64,000 nucleotides of DNA, taken from NCBI GenBank assembly GCA_963842185.1, contig CAWJFL010000007.1, positions 145,176 to 209,175 of the forward strand, written 5' to 3'. The stretch is from an uncultured Verrucomicrobiae bacterium (GTDB taxonomy: Bacteria > Verrucomicrobiota > Verrucomicrobiia > Palsa-1439). The notes beneath the pieces were generated by a model. That model did no database searches. It was given only the letters and a program-made list of their open reading frames with translations, and had not been told where the DNA came from. Each line of letters begins with the position of its first letter. Within the stretch, counting starts at the first letter, position 1. The translations under genes and the position numbers were made by a program. Shown piece by piece: positions 21,048 through 31,148 of this stretch.

Positions 21048-23651
21048 ATGAAAATTCCTGATGGCACGGTATCCGGATCGAAGCCGTTGCGTGACCCGCG
21101 ACTGACGGCGATCAATTTCGTCTCCGATGCTGTCAACCGGACCCTTGATCTCAAGGAGATCGCGGACAACGCACTGGACTCTGTGCTGGCCGTGATGAAG
21201 GTGGACGCGGGGTCTGTATACATCTGGCAGGATACGGATCAGGCCCTTCATCTGTTCGCCTGCCGCGGCCTGAGCGAAACCTTTGTGCCCAAAATCGCGA
21301 TCCTGCAAAAGGGCACGGAGGTCATCGACGCCGTGCTCAATGGGGAGGCCCGTGTCATCGACGATTTCCCGGTAAACCCGAGAGGCACGGGTTCCGAAGC
21401 GGTACGGGCTGGATTTGAGTCCGCGGTGCTGGTTCCCATTCGGGCGCACGGGTACGTCGTTGGTGTGTTGGGGTTGGGGACGTACCAGAAGCGCAAATTC
21501 GACGAACCCGACGTGGATCTGATCGAGGCCGTCAGCAACCAGATTGGCAACGCCATGGTGCACGCCCAGTTGCAAACGGATTTGCGGGCGAGTGAGGAAC
21601 AATACCGGGCCTTGGTGGAAAACTCGGACGATGCGATTTATATCGCCGATTCCTTGGGGCGGTTGCGGTTCGCCAACAACGCGTTCTCCCGGGTGTTCGG
21701 ATACCGGCTTTCCGACGTGGCGCGGACGGATCTAATGGCGCACGTGCACACGGAAGACATCGATATCGTCTGGCGCGCGGTTGACGGCTTGTTGCGGGGA
21801 GAGCCGATTCACAATCTGGAATACCGATTTCGGCGCAAGGACGGGGTGTGGATCGATCTCCAATGTAACGGCAGTGTATTTTCTCGTGAGGGAGAGCAGG
21901 TGACCCAGGTTCAGTTTGTCGTCCGTGATATTACGCAGGCGCGACAGCGCCACCAACAGTTACTTCGACGGAATCAGCAACTGGGGGCGCTCACGACGTT
22001 GGCCGAGGTGGCCAACTCGTCCCTGAATATTGACGAGATTGCCCGTAACACTCTTGAGGTCGCCCTGGAAAGCACGGGAATGAGTGGCGGCGCGATCCAC
22101 TTGGCGGACGCGAAACAACAGGCGCTTCACCTGTACATGCAGTCCGGATTGCCGGATGAATTGGTCGCCGACATTCGTACGCTGAAGTGGGGTGAGGCTG
22201 TGCCTGGTTTCGTTGCCGCGTCGGGGCAAACCGTGGTGGTGGACGATATGACAATTCGGACACCCGCGGCGCCATCCCCCGCTGCACGACACGGCTTCCG
22301 GTCGACGATTGTGGTGCCGGTCAAAACGAAAGGGGAAATACTCGGTACGCTCGGCCTGTTGAACCGGCAGGAGCTGGAATTCACGACCGAGGTGGTGGAA
22401 ATGGTCACGGCCATGGGAAACCAGCTGGGGATTGCGGTTGCCAACGCACGGCTGTATCAAAAGCAACTGCGGGAAAACGAGAAACTGGCGGCGTTGGTGG
22501 ACATCAGCAGCGGCAGCGCGCAACAACTGGAACTGGAACTGTTGCTCCAACGGATCCTGCAGCGCGCGGCGACGTTGCTTCGAGCGGATGCAGCGTACAT
22601 TTCCCATTACAGTGAGGCGTCGGAACAGGTGGAAACTGTGGCAGCCAGCGCCAATTTCACCCAACTCATTGGCGTGCCGTATCCGGCAACCCGCGGGCTC
22701 TTTGGGCAGATTCGCCCGACCCGGCAGGGGCGGATTTTTACTCGTGAAGAAGTCAAGGCGCACGGGTACAGCGCGGTGCTCCGTGAGTCGGACGTCCGGT
22801 CCGCGTTGGTAGTTCCGTTGATCTCGCGGAACCAGCTGATCGGCGCACTCAGCCTGACGCGACACGGAGAGAACGCGGCGGAGTTTACGGCGGCCAACCT
22901 GGAACTGATGGAGGCGTTTGCCAGCCGCGCGGCGGTGGCGATCGACAACGCGCAGTTGTTGAAAGACCTCGAGCGCAAGAACAAGCTTCTCCAGTTGCTC
23001 ATTGAGGAAGCCCACCACCGGATCAAGAACAATCTGCAGATGGTGTCGGGTCTTCTGCAATTGGAGGCCGAGTCCGTCCCAATCGAGTCATCGAGGGGAC
23101 TTCTACAGACGGCGATCACGCGAATCCAGGCGATTGCCCAGGTCCACAACTTGTTGAGCGAAGAAACGCCGGAAAAGGTGGACGTCAACGCATTGATCAC
23201 GACCATCGTGCACATGCTGGTTGGTTCGGCGACGGGGACGCACGGGATGCCGGACGTTACGGTGGATGTCGACCACGTGTGGCTCGGGGCCGAGCAAGCC
23301 GTCCCACTCGCGTTGATCGTGAACGAGTTGGTCTCCAATACCTTCGTGCACGGTCGATCTCCCCGGGGGCAGCCGTTGCGTGCCCGAATTCAGTGCCGAC
23401 AACAGGGTGGCCTGATCGAACTGGTGGTTGCCGACAACGGGGGTGGGTTTGCAGACGGCAACGACTGGCGGGAGCGTGAGGGGCAGGGGATGAACATTGT
23501 GGCGCAATTGGCGCAAGTCAATCTTCGTGGCCATTTGCGGATCGATTCTCGTGACGGAGGTATTCGCGCGGAATTGCGGTTTGAGATTGTTCCGCATGGG
23601 CCGGGGCCAGGCGCGCGTGTCCCGTCGGCGCTGGCCGCCACACGAGCTTGA
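21048..23651 (+). CDS. Multidomain sensor histidine kinase (GAF-PAS-GAF-GAF-HisKA_2-HATPase)
   Basis: There are three GAF-like segments (e.g. VMKVDAGSVYIW.., GMSGGAIHLAD.., LLRADAAYISHY..) and a PAS segment (EEQYRALVENSDDAIYIAD..EYRFRRKDGVWI). The phosphoacceptor box EAHHRIKNNLQMVSGLL is HisKA_2/HWE type, and the ATPase motifs are NELVSNTFVHG and DNGGGF. Confidence 0.85.
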   Translation: MKIPDGTVSGSKPLRDPRLTAINFVSDAVNRTLDLKEIADNALDSVLAVMKVDAGSVYIWQDTDQALHLFACRGLSETFVPKIAILQKGTEVIDAVLNGEARVIDDFPVNPRGTGSEAVRAGFESAVLVPIRAHGYVVGVLGLGTYQKRKFDEPDVDLIEAVSNQIGNAMVHAQLQTDLRASEEQYRALVENSDDAIYIADSLGRLRFANNAFSRVFGYRLSDVARTDLMAHVHTEDIDIVWRAVDGLLRGEPIHNLEYRFRRKDGVWIDLQCNGSVFSREGEQVTQVQFVVRDITQARQRHQQLLRRNQQLGALTTLAEVANSSLNIDEIARNTLEVALESTGMSGGAIHLADAKQQALHLYMQSGLPDELVADIRTLKWGEAVPGFVAASGQTVVVDDMTIRTPAAPSPAARHGFRSTIVVPVKTKGEILGTLGLLNRQELEFTTEVVEMVTAMGNQLGIAVANARLYQKQLRENEKLAALVDISSGSAQQLELELLLQRILQRAATLLRADAAYISHYSEASEQVETVAASANFTQLIGVPYPATRGLFGQIRPTRQGRIFTREEVKAHGYSAVLRESDVRSALVVPLISRNQLIGALSLTRHGENAAEFTAANLELMEAFASRAAVAIDNAQLLKDLERKNKLLQLLIEEAHHRIKNNLQMVSGLLQLEAESVPIESSRGLLQTAITRIQAIAQVHNLLSEETPEKVDVNALITTIVHMLVGSATGTHGMPDVTVDVDHVWLGAEQAVPLALIVNELVSNTFVHGRSPRGQPLRARIQCRQQGGLIELVVADNGGGFADGNDWREREGQGMNIVAQLAQVNLRGHLRIDSRDGGIRAELRFEIVPHGPGPGARVPSALAATRA

Positions 23652-23710
23652 CTTTGCCCGTAGCCGTTCTAAGATACAGCCACGAAGCGCGAGAAGAAGT
23701 TTGGAGACAG

Positions 23711-24334
23711 ATGAAATCTCTTCGAGTCCTCATTGCTGACGACGACGGTCTGACGCTGATGGTGTTGCGGAAGATACTGGTAGCGACGGGGCACACGGTC
23801 GTTGGCGAGGCGGGGGACGGGCAGCAGGCTGTAGCGCTGGCTCGCGAGGCGAATCCGGACTTAATTATACTGGATATCCGCATGCCCAAGATGGACGGCT
23901 TGGAAGCCGCCCGTCAGATCCGGGACCGGTGTCCCACGCCGATTATCGTTCTCAGCGCCCACTCCGAAGCGGGTCTGGGGAGTGAGGCGGTTGGAGCCGG
24001 GGTCAATGCGTATCTCGTCAAACCATTCACCGGCGAGCAGCTCAAGCCGGCGATTGAACTGGCATTGGCCAGCTCGGAGAAATCCAAGGAGATGGCTGCC
24101 GAAATTCGGCAGATGAAGGAAGCATTGGAGTCGCGGAAGATCGTCGAGCGCGCCAAAGGTATTCTCATGCGGCAGACCAAAATGGATGAGGAAGCCGCCT
24201 ACCTTAAGCTTCAAAAGACCGCCCGTAATGAAAACCGCAAGCTGGTGGATGTTGCCCGAGCGATCATCATGGCTGAGCAACTTCAGCGCGACGGCAACAA
24301 GACGCCAGTTCCGCGGGGACACGGACGCCCCTAA
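23711..24334 (+). CDS. Response regulator with an ANTAR RNA-binding output domain
   Basis: Trimmed to the ATG at 23711. REC domain: RVLIADDD..DLIILDIRMPKMDG..LVKPF. ANTAR helices: LESRKIVERAKGILM...EEAAYLKLQKTARNENRKLVDVARAII. Confidence 0.88.
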   Translation: MKSLRVLIADDDGLTLMVLRKILVATGHTVVGEAGDGQQAVALAREANPDLIILDIRMPKMDGLEAARQIRDRCPTPIIVLSAHSEAGLGSEAVGAGVNAYLVKPFTGEQLKPAIELALASSEKSKEMAAEIRQMKEALESRKIVERAKGILMRQTKMDEEAAYLKLQKTARNENRKLVDVARAIIMAEQLQRDGNKTPVPRGHGRP

Positions 24335-24425
24335 TCCATGGGCCTTGCCGCAGGTTCGGCGTTGACCGCTCCCGCAACTTCCCGTTAGTCTCGTGCATCC
24401 TATCTCGGAGAACGGAACATCACAC

Positions 24426-25358
24426 ATGGAAAATGTCGTCATTATCGGTTCTGGCTGCGCGGGTTGGACCGCGGCACTGTACACGGCACGGGCGAATCTG
24501 AAGCCGCTGTTGCTGACGGGAGAACAGCCCGGTGGTTTGCTGACGACCACGAGCGTCGTGGAGAACTATCCCGGGTTTCCTGAGGGGATCGACGGGACAG
24601 ATCTCATGGTGCGGATGCAAAAGCAGGCGGAGCGCTTCGGCACACAGACCCGATACGGTGTGACCGTAACAAAGGTGGATTTCAGTCGTCGACCGTTCCA
24701 GCTGTGGTTGGACGAGGAGATCATCGAGACCAGGAGCGTGATCATCACAACGGGCGCTTCGCATCGGCACTTGGGGATCAAGAACGAGGAACTGTTGGAA
24801 CGCAAAGGGGTGACCTATTGCGCGACATGCGACGGGGCATTGCCCATGTTTCGCGGCAAGGAACTGGTGGTTGTTGGCGGAGGCGACTCGGCCTGCGAAG
24901 AGGCAACGTATCTCACGCATTTCGCCTCGAAGGTCTATTTGGTGCATCGGCGCGACCAGCTTCGCGCGTCGAAGATCATGGCCGAGCGGGCGCTATCCAA
25001 TCCCAAGATTCAGCCGGTGTGGGATTCCGCGGTCACGGATGTGTACGATGTCAGCAAGGACATGGTCACGGGTGTGCAACTCAAGAACCTCAAGACCGGT
25101 GCGACGTCGGACCTGCCCTGCGCGGGTGTGTTCGTGGCGATCGGTCATGAACCGTCGACGGGGCTGTTCCGCGGCCAGATCGACAGGGATGAGCAGGGGT
25201 ACATAATCTGCAAGAAGGGGACGTCCACAAATGTGCCGGGCGTGTTTGCTGCCGGAGATTGCGTGGATCGTGTGTATCGTCAGGCCATTACGGCGGCGGG
25301 GACAGGGTGTGCGGCGGCGATTGATGCCGAGCGGTATCTCGCCTCTCAGCACGCGTAA
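24426..25358 (+). CDS. trxB: Thioredoxin-disulfide reductase
   Basis: Trimmed to MENVVIIGSGCAGWTAALY. Redox-active CATCDG and second dinucleotide motif VVGGGDSACEEA. Confidence 0.93.
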   Translation: MENVVIIGSGCAGWTAALYTARANLKPLLLTGEQPGGLLTTTSVVENYPGFPEGIDGTDLMVRMQKQAERFGTQTRYGVTVTKVDFSRRPFQLWLDEEIIETRSVIITTGASHRHLGIKNEELLERKGVTYCATCDGALPMFRGKELVVVGGGDSACEEATYLTHFASKVYLVHRRDQLRASKIMAERALSNPKIQPVWDSAVTDVYDVSKDMVTGVQLKNLKTGATSDLPCAGVFVAIGHEPSTGLFRGQIDRDEQGYIICKKGTSTNVPGVFAAGDCVDRVYRQAITAAGTGCAAAIDAERYLASQHA

Positions 25359-25382
25359 AGTCGGACCGTTGACTATCGACCC

Positions 25383-25874
25383 TTACGATTCGGCGGCTTC
25401 GATGATCTTGATGAACGCAGCGGCGTCGGGCGCCTCAAGCAACTGCTGGCGAAGTTCGTCCTGACGGAGGAGGCGCGCGAGTGTGCCCACGACGCGAAGA
25501 TAATCCGTGACCATTTGTTTGGGTGTGCCAATCAAGAAAATCAACCGTACGGGTTGACCGTCTTTTGCCTCAAAATCGACACCCTCACGGCTGCGCCCGA
25601 CGGCAATCAAAATGTCCGAGCACTGGTCCGTCCGGGCATGAGGAATGGCGACGTCGTGGCCCAGTGCTGTGTTGCTGACGCGCTCCCGCTGGAGGATTTC
25701 GTTGAAGAAGGCTTCAAAATTACCCACACACTTGCTTTGGGCCAGCAACTCGGCCACCTCACGCAATGCGGGAACTTTCTGGCGGCTTTGTAGCTCCAGT
25801 CGGATCGCATCGGCATTCAGCAGCGACGTGATTTTCGATGGAGAAGCTTTGGGTCCGTTAGACATTGGCTCCAC
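25383..25874 (-). CDS. ptsN: PTS EIIA(Ntr)-type nitrogen regulatory protein
   Basis: An EIIA type-2 pattern with the phosphorylatable His context GHDVAIPHAR, plus PVRLIFLIGTP. The start may be Met4 (25865). Confidence 0.8.
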   Translation of the reverse strand: MEPMSNGPKASPSKITSLLNADAIRLELQSRQKVPALREVAELLAQSKCVGNFEAFFNEILQRERVSNTALGHDVAIPHARTDQCSDILIAVGRSREGVDFEAKDGQPVRLIFLIGTPKQMVTDYLRVVGTLARLLRQDELRQQLLEAPDAAAFIKIIEAAES

Positions 25875-26737
25875 TCCATTTCAGTTTCTCTCGCAACACT
25901 TCAAAATACGAATGATCCTTCGGTGTGACCAGCTGCACAGTTTGAGGGGACCGATGAACTTCGACTTCATCGCCCACTTCCATCCGTAATTGCACTTGTC
26001 CGTCGACTGTCAGCAGCAACTCCGCCGCCGCCTCGGCCACCTGGCAGCGAATGACCGAGTTCTCCCCCGCAATGACGGAGCGGTTGCTCAGCGCGTGCGG
26101 ACAGATGGGCGTAATAATCAGTGCCCGCGACGTCGGCACCAAAATCGGCCCACCCGCACTCAATGAATACGCCGTCGAGCCCGTTGCCGTGGCGAATATC
26201 ATGCCGTCGCAGACATATTCTGTCAACAACTCGCCGTCGACAAATAATCGCAACCGGACGATGCGGGACAGCGCCCCGCGGGAAACCACCACGTCATTCA
26301 GCGCGCGGTGGGCGGCCCGGCGCTTCCCGCTGCGAATCAGGGTGGTTTGGAGCGTGTGCCGCTGGCTGATTTCGTACTGGCCGCGCAAAATATCGCGGAC
26401 AGGACCCTGGAGACGGTCGCCATGAACACTGGTCAGGAACCCCAGGTTGCCCAGGTTCACGCCGAGGATCGGGGTGGCCGGTCCCTCCAGTTCGCGAGCG
26501 ACGCGGAGGATTGTGCCGTCGCCCCCGAGTACGATCACCATGTCGGCAGCCCTTCCAATTGCCCGCAGCAGGCGAGCCAGCTTGGGCTTGCCGGCGAGAG
26601 CGGCCGCTTCACGTTCCAGCAGAGACGGCGACGTGATGTTCACGGAGCACGGTCAGAAGCTCCAGGAGACGGCCCCGGGCTTCGGGCTTGCCCGAGTGCA
26701 CGACGACACCAACCGTCTTGGGAATACGCGATTTCAC
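25858..26737 (-). CDS. nadK: NAD kinase. The reading frame is broken once near 26623, so this is either a frameshift or an assembly indel
   Basis: The main ORF 25858..26643 carries GGDGTILR, GVNLGNLGFLT and NDVVV. The expected N-terminus (GTG at 26737 overlapping the tlyA stop: MKSRIPKTVGVVVHSGKPEARGRLLELLTVLREHHVAV) lies in another frame and stops at 26609-26611. The total length of 880 nt is not a multiple of 3. Confidence 0.8.
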
Positions 26738-27486
26738 GGTTTGCGCAGGGCGATGAGAAATTCCTTGTTGCCGGCCGGGCCGAGCAGGGGTGATTCCGTC
26801 ACTCCCACCTGCGTCAGCCCCAGCGTCTGTGTGGCGAACTCCTGGATCATATTGGTCACGGCCTCGTGCACGCGTGAGTCTCGCACAACCCCGCCTTTTT
26901 TCACGAGCTTTTTTCCGGCCTCAAATTGCGGTTTGATGAGGGCAATGAGCGTGCCGCCGGGTTTCAACATGGAGACGGCCGATGGCAGCACTTTCGTCAG
27001 CGAAATGAACGAGACGTCGATCGTCACAAGATCAACGAGCTCACCAAGATCACGCGTCGTCAGGTGACGCGCATTAATCTCATCGTGGACGACGATGCGT
27101 GGGTTCTGGCGCAGTTTCCAGTCGAGCTGTCCCTTGCCAACATCGACCGCATGGACGCGCGCGGCGCCGCGTTGTAACAGGCAATCCGTAAATCCTCCCG
27201 TGGAAGCACCGAGGTCGGCGCAAACGAGGCCGTCGCACGAGATATGGAACCGGTCGAGTGCTTGTTCCAACTTGTGGCCTCCGCGACCGACATATTTCTC
27301 CGCTGCCTCGACGACAAGGATGGCGTGATCATCAACCAGTTCGCTGGGTTTGTGAGCGAGTTGGCCGTTGACGCGTACGGCTCCTGCGAGAACCAGCCGC
27401 TTGGCCTTCTCCCGGCTATCGGCCAGGCCACAGGCCACAAGTTGCGTGTCGAGCCTGGCGCGCAGGGCGGCAGCCATGAGATTCAC
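26734..27486 (-). CDS. tlyA: TlyA-family rRNA (cytidine-2'-O)-methyltransferase (S4 + FtsJ domains)
   Basis: RLDTQLVACGLADSREKAKRLVLAGAVRVNG is the S4 domain. DLGASTGGFTDCLLQRGAARVHAVDVG is the SAM-binding motif. Confidence 0.9.
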   Translation of the reverse strand: MNLMAAALRARLDTQLVACGLADSREKAKRLVLAGAVRVNGQLAHKPSELVDDHAILVVEAAEKYVGRGGHKLEQALDRFHISCDGLVCADLGASTGGFTDCLLQRGAARVHAVDVGKGQLDWKLRQNPRIVVHDEINARHLTTRDLGELVDLVTIDVSFISLTKVLPSAVSMLKPGGTLIALIKPQFEAGKKLVKKGGVVRDSRVHEAVTNMIQEFATQTLGLTQVGVTESPLLGPAGNKEFLIALRKP

Positions 27487-27507
27487 ATGGTTGTGATAGA
27501 GGCTGCG

Positions 27508-29448
27508 TTACGCTGTTCGGGCGGTGGCGCCCAACACGCGAAACTGCGGTGGTTTGGCCCGCTCTTCGGAGGCTTCCAGCAGCAAGTCCTTCACCTTGGC
27601 GATGGCCGTCTTGGAATTCAATCCGTACTTGTCCTGCAGATCCTTGTTGCTGCTGGCGTGTTCGATAAAGTTGTCGGGCCAACCGACACGGGCCACCGGC
27701 GTATCAATCCGCAGGTCATCCAGTGTTTCGAGCACGGCGCTGCCGAATCCGCCCATGAGCACGTGGTCTTCGATTGTGCACAACACCTTGCAGATGCGTC
27801 CGTATTTCTCAATGACGTCGCGATCGATTGGTTTGCAGAATCGGGCGTTGATGAGGGCCACGGACAAACCTTCCGCCTGCAATGCCGTGACGGTTTCATG
27901 AGCCATCTTCGACACCGCACCATAGAAGAACACGGCGACATCGGTTCCGTGCTGCAGCACCTCGGCCTTGCCGAGTGGCAGGATGGCGGGCCGTTCTTTG
28001 ATGGGAACGCCCTCGCCGGCGCCGCGTGGATAACGGACAAAGATCGGGCCGTGGTTCTGCAGCGCGGTCCAGAGCATGTCGACCAATTCATCCTCGTCCT
28101 TGGGCGCCATCAGGATGGCGCGTGGAATGCATCGCGCGTAGGCAATATCGAACACACCGTGGTGTGTGGGGCCGTCGTTGGCCGACAGGCCGGCTCGATC
28201 CATGGCAAAGATCACGTCCAGGTTCTGCAGCGCGACGTCGTGGATGATGCAATCGTACGCGCGCTGGAGAAACGTCGAGTAGATCGCGCAGACGGGCCGG
28301 TACCCCATGGTCGCCATGCCCCCGGCGAAAATGACCGCGTGCTCCTCGGCAATGCCGACATCGAAATACCGATCCGGTTTGGCCTTTTGCAACTTGCCCA
28401 GGCTCGTGCCGCTGGGCATGGCGGCGGTAATGCCGACGAGCTTGCTGTTCACGTCGCAGAACCGGACGAGGGCGTCCGCAAAGACATCCTGGTAATTGGG
28501 CGGGGCACCTTCCTTCTTCGCCGGCGATTTGCCCGTGGCGATGTCGAACGGTCCGCACCCGTGGAACGTCTGGGGGTCTTCGAGGGCTTTCTCGTACCCC
28601 TTGCCCTTCTTGGTGAGGATGTGGAGGAGAACGGGCACGTCCTGCTTCTTGGCCCATTGCAGCGTGTCGATCAGCAGGGCGGTATTATGGCCGTCCATCG
28701 GGCCAATGTAACGGAGGCCGAACTCTTCGAAGAGCAAGCTGGGCACGATAATGCCTTTGACAGCCTCTTCGACCTTGTGACCGATCTGCGCCAACTCTGC
28801 GCCACGGGGCAAGCGACCCAGAAAATGCTCCATCCGCTTGTGGGCGGCGGCGTAGGATGGGTGACGGACGATTCGGTTGAGGTAATCGGAAATGGCGCCG
28901 ACGTTCTTGGCGATGCTCCACTCGTTGTCGTTCAGGATAACGATCAGGCGCTTGGTGGAGTTCTTAATGTTGTTGAGAGCCTCGTAGGTAATGCCGTTGG
29001 TGAGCGCAGCATCACCCGCGATGCAGACCACGTGCTCGTCGGTCTTGGCGTGGTCACGGGCCGCGGCCATGCCGAGCGCCGCGGAAAGCGCCGTGCCAGC
29101 GTGGCCGGCCCCGAAACAGTCGTACGGGCTCTCGGAGCGGAAGGCGAATCCCATCGGGCCACCGGACTGGCGAATCTTGTTAAAATTCTCACGCCGACCG
29201 GTGAGTAATTTGTGCACGTACACCTGGTGGCTGACATCCCACACAAACCGGTCCTTCGGTGATTCGAAGACCCGGTGCAGGGCGATGGTCAGTTCGACGA
29301 CCCCGAGGTTGGGACCGAGGTGGCCGCCGGTCTTGCTGAGCACGGTGATCAGCTCGTCGCGGATTTCCTGTGCCAGCGTTTGAAGCTGGTCCAGCGTGAG
29401 CAGCTTCACATCCGCCGGCGTGTTAATCATGTCGAGATAACGTCCCAT
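27508..29448 (-). CDS. dxs: 1-deoxy-D-xylulose-5-phosphate synthase
   Basis: GGHLGPNLGVVELTIALH, DVSHQVYVHKLLTGR and GDAALTNG (the ThDP motif), with full-length DXS similarity. Confidence 0.97.
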   Translation of the reverse strand: MGRYLDMINTPADVKLLTLDQLQTLAQEIRDELITVLSKTGGHLGPNLGVVELTIALHRVFESPKDRFVWDVSHQVYVHKLLTGRRENFNKIRQSGGPMGFAFRSESPYDCFGAGHAGTALSAALGMAAARDHAKTDEHVVCIAGDAALTNGITYEALNNIKNSTKRLIVILNDNEWSIAKNVGAISDYLNRIVRHPSYAAAHKRMEHFLGRLPRGAELAQIGHKVEEAVKGIIVPSLLFEEFGLRYIGPMDGHNTALLIDTLQWAKKQDVPVLLHILTKKGKGYEKALEDPQTFHGCGPFDIATGKSPAKKEGAPPNYQDVFADALVRFCDVNSKLVGITAAMPSGTSLGKLQKAKPDRYFDVGIAEEHAVIFAGGMATMGYRPVCAIYSTFLQRAYDCIIHDVALQNLDVIFAMDRAGLSANDGPTHHGVFDIAYARCIPRAILMAPKDEDELVDMLWTALQNHGPIFVRYPRGAGEGVPIKERPAILPLGKAEVLQHGTDVAVFFYGAVSKMAHETVTALQAEGLSVALINARFCKPIDRDVIEKYGRICKVLCTIEDHVLMGGFGSAVLETLDDLRIDTPVARVGWPDNFIEHASSNKDLQDKYGLNSKTAIAKVKDLLLEASEERAKPPQFRVLGATARTA

Positions 29449-29465
29449 GTCGCTCTCCTTGTGGG

Positions 29466-29780
29466 TCAGAACAGCTTGCCGCCTTCATCATCAGGCTTGT
29501 CGTCTTCGCTGCCGTCCGGCTCCGTCTCGAACGGTTCCAAGGCGACGGATCCATCGGTTTTCTTGGTCAAAACCTCAATCTTCTTTTCCGCTTCCTCCAG
29601 CTTTTGGTTGCAGAAGCGGACCAAACGGGTGCCTTCTTCGTATTTCTTCAGGACATCCTCGAGAGGCAATTCGGCGGCCTCCATGTCGGCCACGATTCTC
29701 TCGAGGCGATCAATGGCTTGCTCAAACGTCAACGCGTTCCTGTCCAGAACGGGCGCGGCACTCTTTTTCTTCGGTTTCAT
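29466..29780 (-). CDS. xseB: Exodeoxyribonuclease VII small subunit
   Basis: [46 protein letters not shown]. It overlaps the xseA stop. Confidence 0.9.
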   Translation of the reverse strand: MKPKKKSAAPVLDRNALTFEQAIDRLERIVADMEAAELPLEDVLKKYEEGTRLVRFCNQKLEEAEKKIEVLTKKTDGSVALEPFETEPDGSEDDKPDDEGGKLF

Positions 29781-31141
29781 CCTGCGTCCGGCGTTAAAGA
29801 TACCACAGAGCCGAAGGTGCCATCAAGCACCTTGGTCGAAATGTTAGTGCCTGGTTGGACGTGGGTTACGCTGCGGACAATGCGTCCGGTCTCGGGGACG
29901 ACCGTGATGCTGTAACCGCGTTGTAACGTGGCGTTGGGGCTGAGAAGATCCAGTTTGGTGCTGGCCTGGCCGAGGCGGTGGCGGGTTGCCTGTGTGGATC
30001 GTGCCCAAGCAGCTTGGAAACGTTGTTCGTGGGAACCGAGACGTTGTCGCCAGCTAACGAGAAGGGCTTGCGGCCCGAGCAACTTGAACTTCTCGGCGAC
30101 GGTTTCCCAGCGGGCGCGATGCGCCGCCACGGTCGCGCCGGGAGCGCGACGGAGTCGATGAGCGTAATCGTCAAGCTGCTGCTGGTATTGTCGAATGGTC
30201 TCGGTGGGGCGGCGGAACACGTAGCTGGACGCGAGCGTCGAGAAACGCTGGCGGGCTTCAGCGAGTTGTAGCCGCAGGTCTTTTTGCAGCCGTGCCTGAT
30301 ACTGTTTGATCTGTCGGGCGTATTCGTCCTTGGCTTTCACGACCAGTTCCGCGGCAGCGCTGGGGGTTGGAGCACGAAGGTCCGCGACGAAATCGGAAAT
30401 GGTAAAGTCGATTTCGTGGCCAACCGCGGAGATGGTGGGAATTTTTGAGCGGGCCAGCGCGCGGGCGACCACTTCTTCATTGAATGCCCACAAATCCTCA
30501 AGCGAGCCGCCACCGCGGGTCACGATCAGCACGTCGAGGGGCAAACGGCCAGCGGCATGCAACGCGTTGAATTCGTCGATGGCAGCGGCAATTTCGTTCG
30601 CAGCGCCATCGCCCTGCACCCGCACGGGATTAATGACGATGTGCACGTTGGGGAAACGGCGGTTGATGATATTCAGGAAATCGCGGATGGCCGCGCCCGT
30701 GGGTGAGGTAACCAGGCCGATGCGCTGGGGAAGGGTGGGAATCGGTTTCTTGCGCGCCGCGTCGAACAGACCCTCCTTTGCGAGGCGCTGCTTGAGTTCT
30801 TCGAAGGCGAGTTGCAGCGCGCCCAGACCTTTCGGCAAGAGCTGGCGGGCGACGAGTTGGTACTGGCCGCTCCTCTCATAGACGCTGACATCGCCGAACG
30901 CGATGACCTGTAGTCCGTCTTTGAGTGGAAATCCGACCTTGGCGGCGACGCCACGAAACAGCACAACGGCCAGTTGGGCGTTGGCGTCCTTTAACGTGAA
31001 ATAGACGTGGCCGGAAGACGGCGAGCGGAAATTGGAAACCTCACCTTCGACCCACAAGCTCGGAAACTTCTCTTCGAGGAGGTCCTTGACGCGTCGCGTC
31101 AGGTCGGTAACGCTGAGAACTTGCGCGGGAGGCTTAGGCAT
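29777..31141 (-). CDS. xseA: Exodeoxyribonuclease VII large subunit
   Basis: An OB-fold N-terminus ([35 protein letters not shown]) and [16 protein letters not shown]. Confidence 0.95.
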   Translation of the reverse strand: MPKPPAQVLSVTDLTRRVKDLLEEKFPSLWVEGEVSNFRSPSSGHVYFTLKDANAQLAVVLFRGVAAKVGFPLKDGLQVIAFGDVSVYERSGQYQLVARQLLPKGLGALQLAFEELKQRLAKEGLFDAARKKPIPTLPQRIGLVTSPTGAAIRDFLNIINRRFPNVHIVINPVRVQGDGAANEIAAAIDEFNALHAAGRLPLDVLIVTRGGGSLEDLWAFNEEVVARALARSKIPTISAVGHEIDFTISDFVADLRAPTPSAAAELVVKAKDEYARQIKQYQARLQKDLRLQLAEARQRFSTLASSYVFRRPTETIRQYQQQLDDYAHRLRRAPGATVAAHRARWETVAEKFKLLGPQALLVSWRQRLGSHEQRFQAAWARSTQATRHRLGQASTKLDLLSPNATLQRGYSITVVPETGRIVRSVTHVQPGTNISTKVLDGTFGSVVSLTPDAG

Positions 31142-31148
31142 CGGTCGG

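Noticed and set aside
24335-24425. Possible ANTAR target hairpins in the trxB leader downstream of the ANTAR regulator
   Set aside because: Only one short GCCG-CAGGTT-CGGC hairpin is present, and its hexaloop lacks the conserved A1. No tandem second hairpin exists.
27244-29208. 654-aa ORF on the + strand
   Set aside because: It is entirely antisense to a full-length canonical dxs. Its G/V/D/H/A/R-rich composition matches no protein family and is a typical shadow ORF of GC-rich DNA.
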